Assembly (NCBI GenBank): GCA_963768055.1
Contig: CAVYGN010000002.1
Coordinates: 768,001-832,000 of the forward strand
DNA length: 64,000 nt
Reading direction: 5' to 3'
Source of the DNA: an uncultured Spirochaetota bacterium
GTDB taxonomy: Bacteria > Spirochaetota > Brevinematia > Brevinematales > JAOACQ01
Shown: one piece after another, positions 51,090 to 59,449 of the stretch
Layout: each line of letters begins with the position of its first letter
Numbering within the stretch: the stretch's first letter is position 1
The notes under the pieces: model-generated
The model's database searches: none
What the model saw: the letters and a program-made list of their open reading frames with translations, nothing else
Told to the model about the DNA's origin: nothing
Made by a program: the position numbers and the translations under genes

Positions 51090-52187
51090 ATGTTAAACGC
51101 ACTTCTTCTGCCTTTTAAAATTCCCGGCTTTGGGCTTTTAAATTATATTACTTTCAGGGCGATGGCTGCTTTTGCAACTTCATTTATTATCGGGGTATAT
51201 GTGGCCCCTTATTGTATAAAAAAGTTTAAGGATTTCGGCATTAAACAATCGATCAGGATAGACGGTCCTGAAACACATCAGATCAAATCCGGTACCCCGA
51301 CCATGGGAGGGATTTTGATAATTATTTCAGCATTGATTTCAATACTGCTCTGGACCAAATTCAATTATTATATTCTTATTGTCAGTCTTGGGATATTTCT
51401 CTTCGGCACTATAGGGTTTTTAGACGATTTCATTAAAATAAAATATAAGAACTCTAAAGGGATAAACGGAAAATTAAAAATCATACTGCAGACGGCAGTT
51501 TCATTTTTATTGATTTTCTTCCTGACATTGAACCCTAATTTTTCAGACATTTTTTGGAAATTTTATATTCCAATAATCGATAAACCTCTTTTCGCCTGGC
51601 CCCATTACCTGGCTTATATTTTTTATATTTTCACGATGGTTGCTTTTTCAAATGCTATGAACCTTTCTGACGGCCTTGACGGGCTAGCTTCAGGAATGGG
51701 CATTATTTTATATCTGCCTTTTGGTATAATAAGTTACGTCATAGGAAATGCGCTTGCCGCAAGATATTTAAAGTTTCCATTTATTAGCGGAACTGGAGAA
51801 TTGACTGTAATAGCGGCTGCGATGATCGGAGGATTGACTGCGTTTTTGTGGTATAATATTCACCCGGCGGAAGTATTTATGGGTGATACAGGTTCGCTGA
51901 CCATGGGCGGAACCATAGCTCTCATTTCGATAATTTTAAAACAGGAGATTCTTCTGCTTATAGCAGGAGGAATGTTCTTTATCGAGGCTTTGTCCGTGGT
52001 GATTCAGAAAGGCTATTTCAAATATACGAAAAAGGTTTATGGTGAGGGGAAACGAATATTTTTAATGGCCCCAATACACCATCACTTTGAAAAAAAAGGC
52101 TGGAAAGAGACCCAGGTTGTGATACGGTTCTGGATCCTTTCGGCTTTATGTGCGCTTATGGCTTTAGCCACATTGAAAGTTAGATAA
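51090..52187 (+). CDS. mraY: Phospho-N-acetylmuramoyl-pentapeptide transferase
   Basis: KSGTPTMGG; GFLDD; NAMNLSDGLDGL; FMGDTGS; MAPIHHHFE. Confidence 0.97.
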   Translation: MLNALLLPFKIPGFGLLNYITFRAMAAFATSFIIGVYVAPYCIKKFKDFGIKQSIRIDGPETHQIKSGTPTMGGILIIISALISILLWTKFNYYILIVSLGIFLFGTIGFLDDFIKIKYKNSKGINGKLKIILQTAVSFLLIFFLTLNPNFSDIFWKFYIPIIDKPLFAWPHYLAYIFYIFTMVAFSNAMNLSDGLDGLASGMGIILYLPFGIISYVIGNALAARYLKFPFISGTGELTVIAAAMIGGLTAFLWYNIHPAEVFMGDTGSLTMGGTIALISIILKQEILLLIAGGMFFIEALSVVIQKGYFKYTKKVYGEGKRIFLMAPIHHHFEKKGWKETQVVIRFWILSALCALMALATLKVR

Positions 52188-52199
52188 GAGGAGGTCGGC

Positions 52200-52766
52200 A
52201 TGAAAAAAATTAAATTAAATGACAATCAAAAAAAGGAACTTCTCAAAGTTGCCCGAATGACAATCGAGCGCATGCTTACAGGTAAAGAGTCCCCCGATAT
52301 TCCTTCTCTGTCGGATGAGGTATTTTCACAGAACTATGGGATTTTTGTCTGCCTGAAAGTCAATAATGGACTCAGGGGCTGCATCGGTAATATCGAAGGC
52401 GTAAAATCTATCAGGGATTCTATAAAGGAAATGGCCATTGAATCGGCTTTCAGGGATCCCAGATTCCCTCCGCTGGCAAAGAATGAACTTGATAAGATTG
52501 AAATTGAAGTATCGATCCTCTATCCCCTGGAAGAAGTCAAAGATTATAGTAAAATTGAACCGGGGAAGCATGGCCTTGTAATGGAAAGGGGTTATCAGAA
52601 AGGTCTGCTTCTCCCGCAGGTCGCAACTGAAAACAACTGGGATAGGGAAGAGTTTATGAACCAGACCTGCAGAAAAGCCGGAATGGAAAATTATTGCTGG
52701 GAGAATGATGCAAAAGTATTTAAATTTGAAGCAGTGGTTTTTAATGAAAAAGAGCTGGGGGTTTAG
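52200..52766 (+). CDS. amrA: AMMECR1-domain protein (AmmeMemoRadiSam protein A)
   Basis: FVCL...LRGCIG; AFRDPRFPPL; EVSIL; GLLLPQVA; CRKAG. Confidence 0.92.
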   Translation: MKKIKLNDNQKKELLKVARMTIERMLTGKESPDIPSLSDEVFSQNYGIFVCLKVNNGLRGCIGNIEGVKSIRDSIKEMAIESAFRDPRFPPLAKNELDKIEIEVSILYPLEEVKDYSKIEPGKHGLVMERGYQKGLLLPQVATENNWDREEFMNQTCRKAGMENYCWENDAKVFKFEAVVFNEKELGV

Positions 52767-53847
52767 ACTAGACCCGGCGAAGTTCGCAAAATTTACTAAT
52801 TTTATCATTAAATACTGGAAAGAAACTGTTTTCGTATCCTCTTTTCTTGCTCTTATACTCGCTATTTTTTTTGCCGTGAGTATAACTAATATTCAATTAA
52901 AAGAAGCTGAAAAAAACGCCAGTATAAACTCAATTAAATACAGCGTGGTGAACTCATGGAAAGGAACTAACGGAGAAGTCATAAAGTCTTTTACCGTTGA
53001 TACTTCCAATGTTTACATGGCCCTTGGACAGGATGGATTTTCGATCTTTGACAAGCTTACCCTCGATAGGGCATCTTCATTGGTAACCAATTTATCGATC
53101 AATGACGTAGCTGTTAAAACTTTCGGGACCAGCACCCTGGCATTTTTAGCAGTAGGGGGGATTGAAACTCCCGGCGGTATTGCCGTATGCGATGTAACAG
53201 AGAATACCAATATCAAGGTAATAAATTCCATTTTGACCTCAAATTCAATCTGCGAAAATATAAAGTTACTGGGCGGCGAGGGCAAACCGCTCAATATATT
53301 ACTCAGCGATAATAATAGCGGTTTTGTCTATTATACATATGACCCGGCAAAAAACCTCCTTTTACAAAACCTTCTTGGCAGCGGGCGGAATTATCCCGGT
53401 ATTGGAATTGATGCGGATAATAAACTCATCTGCTCTGTTTCCAAATCAGGGACAGTTTACTTATATAACTGGAAGGGTGAACTTCTTTCCATGATAAGCA
53501 ATTCCCTTTCTATGGCTAATAGTGTTTCCATTTACAGTAATTTTTTGATTATAGGCGATAGGATGGCCGGTGCAATAATTTATAATGCTTCGGACCCCAG
53601 GAACTGCGGATATGTCGTAAATTATAACACTTCCGGAGATACATATGATGCTTTTGAAAGAGATAATTCCATATATATAGCCGATGGAATCAATGGCATC
53701 CTGAAGGTCAGAAGAGATAAGTTCTCGGAATTTATCCTGGAAAAACAGTTCAATGACGGCGCTATTTATAATAAATTATTTTATTCCCCAGCTGATGATG
53801 AAATATATGCGGGCTGCGGTAAAGACGGATTTAAGATACTAAAGTAA
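52744..53847 (+). CDS. Membrane-anchored beta-propeller-like protein (LVIVD-like repeats); start uncertain
   Basis: N-terminal TM; VYMALGQDGFSIFD, LIIGDRMAGAIIYNASDP, IYIADGINGIL, IYAGCGKDGFKIL. Confidence 0.7.
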   Translation: MKKSWGFRLDPAKFAKFTNFIIKYWKETVFVSSFLALILAIFFAVSITNIQLKEAEKNASINSIKYSVVNSWKGTNGEVIKSFTVDTSNVYMALGQDGFSIFDKLTLDRASSLVTNLSINDVAVKTFGTSTLAFLAVGGIETPGGIAVCDVTENTNIKVINSILTSNSICENIKLLGGEGKPLNILLSDNNSGFVYYTYDPAKNLLLQNLLGSGRNYPGIGIDADNKLICSVSKSGTVYLYNWKGELLSMISNSLSMANSVSIYSNFLIIGDRMAGAIIYNASDPRNCGYVVNYNTSGDTYDAFERDNSIYIADGINGILKVRRDKFSEFILEKQFNDGAIYNKLFYSPADDEIYAGCGKDGFKILK

Positions 53848-53925
53848 TAAAAACCATTATTATTTAAAGAAATAAGCTTGATTAAACCGATATTTTGTAA
53901 GAGAAAATTCGAAAGGGAGTTCGAT

Positions 53926-55170
53926 ATGCCTTTAAAAAAAACGAGAAGTTCATTAAAAAATCTTGATAAAGATGCCGGTAAATTTAAAGAATTGCTGAGG
54001 ATTACAGAGAATCTGAATCATGTTAAAGATGTGGATTCACTTCTTGATAACATACTATACGAAGCCAGGCTTTTTACAAAAGCCGATTCAGGATCGATTT
54101 ATCTTGTTGAAGGGAATAAATTGAAATTCAGCTATGTTCAGAATGATACACTGGCGAAAATAGATGAAACCAATAATAAATATATATATTCTATCTTTGA
54201 AATTCCAATTAATGACAATTCCATAGCAGGTTATGTGGCGTTGACTGGTAAATCGTTAATTATTGATGATGTTTACAAGATACCTAAAAAAGTTCCATAT
54301 TCTTTTAACTCCTACTTCGATTCCATGTCTTCCTATAAGACCCAATCGATGCTGACAGTTCCGCTCATAACAAGCAGGCAGAATATTATCGGTGTTATGC
54401 AGATAATAAACGCCAAGAACTCTAAAGGCGATGTAATTCCTTTTACCGAAGATGACCGTATGTATGTGGCATTTTTCTCAAATAATGCATCCGTGGCTAT
54501 TGAAAGGGCAAAAATGACACGGGAAATTCTGCTAAGAATGATTAAAATGGCTGAACTAAGAGATCCTAAAGAAACCGGAAACCATGTAAACAGGGTTGCC
54601 AGTTATTCGATTGAGATTTATGAAAAATGGGCGAAAAAGAGGGGACTTTCCCTGGATGAAATAAAACGGATAAAAGACGTCCTCCGTATTGCGGCAATGT
54701 TGCATGATGTAGGAAAAGTCGCAATCTCAGATACAATTCTGAAGAAACCCGGGCGTCTGACGCCTAAAGAATTTGAACTTATGAAGATGCATACGGTTTT
54801 CGGGGCAAGGCTTTTTGATAACGCCGTATCCGATTGGGATGCTCTTTCGGCTGAAGTAGCACTGAACCACCATGAAAGATGGGACGGCCAGGGATACATG
54901 GGCAGGGTTATATGTGAAGAGGAGGAAGAATGTACTTCCGGTCCCGGAAAAGCCGGCGATGAGATTCCGATCCTTGGAAGGATCGTCGCTCTGGCCGATG
55001 TATATGATGCGCTGATCTCCTCAAGGGTTTACAAAGACGCCTGGCTGGAAGAGGACGTACTCAAGTATATTAAAGAGGGTAGCGGCAAACATTTCGATCC
55101 TGATGTCGTTGAAGCTTTTTTTTCCATTTATGACGTCATCAAAGCCATAAAGGAAAAATACGCGGATTAG
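53926..55170 (+). CDS. GAF plus HD-GYP cyclic-dinucleotide phosphodiesterase
   Basis: ADSGSIYL...SIAGYVA...SMLTVPL; ETGNHVNRV; LHDVGK; HHERWDGQGY; ADVYDAL; probable ATG 53926 after AGGGAG. Confidence 0.9.
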   Translation: MPLKKTRSSLKNLDKDAGKFKELLRITENLNHVKDVDSLLDNILYEARLFTKADSGSIYLVEGNKLKFSYVQNDTLAKIDETNNKYIYSIFEIPINDNSIAGYVALTGKSLIIDDVYKIPKKVPYSFNSYFDSMSSYKTQSMLTVPLITSRQNIIGVMQIINAKNSKGDVIPFTEDDRMYVAFFSNNASVAIERAKMTREILLRMIKMAELRDPKETGNHVNRVASYSIEIYEKWAKKRGLSLDEIKRIKDVLRIAAMLHDVGKVAISDTILKKPGRLTPKEFELMKMHTVFGARLFDNAVSDWDALSAEVALNHHERWDGQGYMGRVICEEEEECTSGPGKAGDEIPILGRIVALADVYDALISSRVYKDAWLEEDVLKYIKEGSGKHFDPDVVEAFFSIYDVIKAIKEKYAD

Positions 55171-55188
55171 CTGCGATTGGAGTGATGA

Positions 55189-57360
55189 ATGCAGAAAATC
55201 AAAAGCTTGAGGGAACTTTCGGGCGTTATAACTGAATTACCCCGCGGCGGCTACTTGGTTGACACTTCTGCCGGTTATATTCAATTCGGGTCGCCTCCTG
55301 AAACTCTAAAGGATACAATATTCCTGCCTAAAGGGGTACCTCAAATTTTTGTGCTCCCGATCGAGCATTTTGACCCGAAACATGGAATGAGTGTGGCGGA
55401 AATTGAATTTCCAATATACTATAACTTTTTTTTGAAATTGAAAAAAACGAGAATATTTGTCAACCCTAATCATATTGAGAATATGAAAATAGTGCTCCAG
55501 GAAGCTGTTTTCGGCCCTGTTGAACTCGATATCGAAGGTGATGTTGTAAAAGGTGAGAACACGCATATACCCGATATAATGTCAGAGATGAAATTTTTCA
55601 GGGCCGGCAGGGTTATGGAAGACCTTGTCGATCTCCAGGAGTTGATCCCCAGCGGTTTCAATATTGATGGTGTTAGAATAATACAGAAACCTGACGGAGG
55701 TTTTGATGTTTTCGATAATGGAAATTTAATTGCCACGGTTCCGGCAAAAATCAGCTTTAAAGCTCTTTATGACCTCGGAACGACTTTAAGCGAACCCTTT
55801 ATTCCGCCCGAATTCGGAATTACATGCCTCGGCCCGTCGCATGGATTTGATCCCGAACAAAATACATCCGGGTTTATACTCTGGATAAATAAAGTCGGTA
55901 TTATGGTCGATCCCCCTGCCAACTCCACACTCTGGCTTAAAGATTCAAATGTTAATCCAAAGATTATCGACAGTATTATTTTTACCCACTGTCATGCAGA
56001 CCATGACGCCGGCACGTTCCAGAAGATCCTGGAAGAATCAAAAGTAACTATTTATACAACCCCTACTGTGATGCAGAGTTTTTTAAGAAAGTATTCGGCG
56101 CTTACCAGGATACCTCCGGCCACCCTTATGGATCTTTTTAATTTTTATCCCGTCAAGATGAATGGGAGATATAATATTCATGGGGCTCTGTTCAATTTTT
56201 ATTATTCTCTTCATTCAATTCCTACTATCGGGTTTCATTTCAGCTACCGCAATAAACGGTTTATCTACTCTTCCGATCATTTGAATGAACCGGAAATTGT
56301 AAAAAAACTACATGAGGACGGCGTAATATCCAAACCAAGGATGGAACATCTCCTTAATTTTCCATGGCATTATGATTTAATATATCATGAATCGGGAATT
56401 CCCCCCCTTCATACACCGGTAAGCTATCTTAATTCTTTGCCTGTTGAAACACAGAAAAGAATAACGGTATATCATATTGCCGAAAAGGATTTTCCCAAAG
56501 AGACAAATCTTACCCTTGCAAAATTCGGGATTGGTGAAACTATCTACCCTGACATTGAAAAATATGAATTCGAGGATTCCTACCGCATCCTTGATGTTTT
56601 CAGCAGGATCGATGTTTTCAAGGACCTCCCCTTTGAAAAGATCAAGGACCTTCTTCTCGTTACAAAAAAAGAGAGTTTCAACAAGGGTGATTTTATCATA
56701 CATAAAAACACGCCCGGTGATAAATTTTATGTAATAGTCTCCGGTAATGTAAGTATCAGCGGATTTGAGAATGGAGACATCAGCGATAAAGTATATGCGA
56801 CGTTCGAATATTTCGGGGAGGCTTCAATTATTCTTGATACGCCGAGGACCGCTGATGTTGTCGCGATGACCAATGTCGAAGCTTATTCAATAAGCAGTGA
56901 CTCCTTTAAAAGATTGATAGGCAATACTGTTGTCGAACAAAATATCCGCAAACTCGCAAAGGTCAGGAACGAACAGACATGGACGGTCATCAAGTCCAAT
57001 CCTTTTTTTAAGAACCTGACATCATTCCAGGTAACCGGGCTTGAATCAAAACTTAAACCCGTAGAATTTGAAAACGATGAAATTTTATTTGAAGAAGGAA
57101 AGAAAAGCGACCATATATTCCTTCTGATAGAAGGGTGCGTAAAATCCTCCAGGCAGGAAAAGAGCGTCAGTTTATGCAATAAAGGGGACATAATCGGGGA
57201 TGTCTTCTCAATTAAAGACGGAAAAACAATGAAATTCTCATTTAGGACAGAAACACACGTCAAGCTATACAGGATCGAAGGCCAGGATATTCTATCATTT
57301 CTAAGGGACAATCCCGGCGTTTTAATGAACATGATGTTTGAAAAAGGCCGGATAAAGTAA
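55189..57360 (+). CDS. Metallo-beta-lactamase-fold phosphodiesterase with two cNMP-binding domains
   Basis: GPSHGFDP; THCHADHDAG; HSIP; SSDH; HESG; FGE...RTADV. Confidence 0.85.
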   Translation: MQKIKSLRELSGVITELPRGGYLVDTSAGYIQFGSPPETLKDTIFLPKGVPQIFVLPIEHFDPKHGMSVAEIEFPIYYNFFLKLKKTRIFVNPNHIENMKIVLQEAVFGPVELDIEGDVVKGENTHIPDIMSEMKFFRAGRVMEDLVDLQELIPSGFNIDGVRIIQKPDGGFDVFDNGNLIATVPAKISFKALYDLGTTLSEPFIPPEFGITCLGPSHGFDPEQNTSGFILWINKVGIMVDPPANSTLWLKDSNVNPKIIDSIIFTHCHADHDAGTFQKILEESKVTIYTTPTVMQSFLRKYSALTRIPPATLMDLFNFYPVKMNGRYNIHGALFNFYYSLHSIPTIGFHFSYRNKRFIYSSDHLNEPEIVKKLHEDGVISKPRMEHLLNFPWHYDLIYHESGIPPLHTPVSYLNSLPVETQKRITVYHIAEKDFPKETNLTLAKFGIGETIYPDIEKYEFEDSYRILDVFSRIDVFKDLPFEKIKDLLLVTKKESFNKGDFIIHKNTPGDKFYVIVSGNVSISGFENGDISDKVYATFEYFGEASIILDTPRTADVVAMTNVEAYSISSDSFKRLIGNTVVEQNIRKLAKVRNEQTWTVIKSNPFFKNLTSFQVTGLESKLKPVEFENDEILFEEGKKSDHIFLLIEGCVKSSRQEKSVSLCNKGDIIGDVFSIKDGKTMKFSFRTETHVKLYRIEGQDILSFLRDNPGVLMNMMFEKGRIK

Positions 57361-57390
57361 TTTCAAATTTCGTCATTCTATGGAGATGTA

Positions 57391-58188
57391 ATGCTGAACA
57401 AGGGTGATTTCATCTATATATATCATGATGATAAAGCTTCGTACATGATGGCCTACCAGGAAAACATGAATGTGTCGACCCACAAGGGGGAACTGAAAAT
57501 ACCCCCGGATTCGGAATACGGCGACTGCATACTGGCCAATACCGGTGAACCTTTTTATCTATTAAAGCCTGTACTCTCGGATTGTATGATGAAGGTTAAG
57601 AGAAGGACAACTATTATTTATCCTAAGGAAGCCGGAGTGATAATCCTTGAACTCGGTGTTTCCGGAGGTAAGCAGGTTATAGAAATAGGGACCGGCTCAG
57701 GTTCGCTCACTCTTCTCCTGTCAAGATTGGTCGGAAGGGATGGGCGTGTTTATTCTTTTGAACGGAGAAACGAACATCTTGAAAATGCGATCAAGAATGT
57801 AAAAAAATTCAGTCCTTTTGATAATGTGGAATATTTTATGAAAGACCCCTCGCAGGAGAGCGGATTCGGCATTGAAAATGCCGACGCTATTTTCTTGGAT
57901 GTTCCGGAACCATGGAAGCTTGTAGAAGAAGCTCATAGATCGCTTATCAACGGCGGCGCTGTCGGGGTGATATCCCCTAATATCGAACAAGTCCAGACTA
58001 CCGTCTATAAAATGAATGAAACCGGTTTTGTCAGGGTAAGGTGCATGGAAGTGCTTTCAAGGGGGATCAGAGTCAAAAAAAATCTCACCAGGCCTTTCGA
58101 CAGGATGATAGGGCATACGGGATATCTGGTTTTTGCCCATAAGATTAAAAAAGAGAAAAAAGAACCCATCTTTGATTTCAGCATTTAA
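57391..58188 (+). CDS. trmI: tRNA (adenine58-N1)-methyltransferase TrmI/GCD14
   Basis: RRTTIIYPKE; IEIGTGSGSLT; SFER; FLDVPEPW; PNIEQV; MIGHTGYL. Confidence 0.92.
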   Translation: MLNKGDFIYIYHDDKASYMMAYQENMNVSTHKGELKIPPDSEYGDCILANTGEPFYLLKPVLSDCMMKVKRRTTIIYPKEAGVIILELGVSGGKQVIEIGTGSGSLTLLLSRLVGRDGRVYSFERRNEHLENAIKNVKKFSPFDNVEYFMKDPSQESGFGIENADAIFLDVPEPWKLVEEAHRSLINGGAVGVISPNIEQVQTTVYKMNETGFVRVRCMEVLSRGIRVKKNLTRPFDRMIGHTGYLVFAHKIKKEKKEPIFDFSI

Positions 58189-58195
58189 TATCCGG

Positions 58196-59449
58196 TCAAT
58201 GCCTTGATTTTTTTTTAAGAACTTTCTGATACCACCTTGCGAGATCAATGCATAGTCCGGGCAGAACGACAGCCGGAGTGACATTGTTGTATCTGATTTT
58301 ATTTTCGATGAAACTTATTCGTGCCGCAAATTCCCTGAGTTCAGAAGTATAAACTGACTGGATGACAGGTCTTAGAATATTTTTGTAATCTTCATCAATA
58401 AACCCGGAAAGATCGGTTTTTCTCAGGTACTCCTGGCGCATAAGATGTGCGTTCCTGATAAACTCAATGAGTTCGTTGAAAAAATGGACCGGTGCTTTAA
58501 TGTTTTCATCGGAGACAACTTTATCAATAAAAGAAAAAACCGAATTTCCCTGCTGGATTACCGGTGCTACCGAAGTAAAAAACTCAATAACTTTTTTCTT
58601 CCTTTCTTCATGAAATCTGAAAAGGTCATCCTCCATCAGGTCGGACGTCGAGAAATAATCTCCGGCGCTTATTGCCTCCGTTCCCAGGATTTCACTGACC
58701 AGAGCAGGGGTCAGAGGGTTGAAATGTATAATCATGCTTCTGGATAAAATTGTCGGAAGTATCGTATTGCTTGAATTTGCGGATAAAATTACTAAATTAC
58801 CAGCTGGAGGTTCCTCAAAGAGTTTTAAGCTCGCATTTTGAGTTTCTTCAGTTGCGTTCTCAAAATTTCCTATCAAGGTTATTTTATGACCGGACTCTGA
58901 TTTTATTCCATTGAATTCGATCGCTCTCCTGATGAAATCTATAGGTATTCTAAGTTTTTTTGAAAGCTCATCGGAAACCAGGATAAGGTTCTCGGAAAAA
59001 GCCTTTGAGTTTTCAATCAAATTAAAATAGGATCCGCTATTGATGATACCTGACAATTCGTTCCTGAAATCATTGACAGAATAAGCCGTACTGTCACCGG
59101 AGATTTTTTTCAATTTTATATTTGTGGTTTCACCGAGGGAGATAGCTGTTGAAAGCCTTCCAAGAAGGTAATTTAAATAACAGGGGAATGCCGATCTTAT
59201 CTTTTCGCCTGAGATATTTTTAAGAAAATAACGTGTTTTAACTGAAAACGAATCGTTCCTATAGAATATAAAATCCATTGACAAAAAAGGGTCTTGCAAA
59301 AGGATCTTTCCGGCCATGCGGACTGCGGCTGTAAATTTGCCGCATCCCCGGCCGCCCAGCAGTATTACAGTCCTTCCAAAAATTTTCTCATCGATAATCC
59401 TGGATATTACTGCCTGGGCCCTTGATTGCCCTTGTAGTGAACCCTGCAT
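58196..59449 (-). CDS. holB: DNA polymerase III delta'-like clamp-loader subunit
   Basis: LQGQ; GGRGCGKFT; NASLKLFEEPP; ILPTILSRS..IHFNPL; long internal insertion. Confidence 0.75.
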   Translation of the reverse strand: MQGSLQGQSRAQAVISRIIDEKIFGRTVILLGGRGCGKFTAAVRMAGKILLQDPFLSMDFIFYRNDSFSVKTRYFLKNISGEKIRSAFPCYLNYLLGRLSTAISLGETTNIKLKKISGDSTAYSVNDFRNELSGIINSGSYFNLIENSKAFSENLILVSDELSKKLRIPIDFIRRAIEFNGIKSESGHKITLIGNFENATEETQNASLKLFEEPPAGNLVILSANSSNTILPTILSRSMIIHFNPLTPALVSEILGTEAISAGDYFSTSDLMEDDLFRFHEERKKKVIEFFTSVAPVIQQGNSVFSFIDKVVSDENIKAPVHFFNELIEFIRNAHLMRQEYLRKTDLSGFIDEDYKNILRPVIQSVYTSELREFAARISFIENKIRYNNVTPAVVLPGLCIDLARWYQKVLKKKSRH

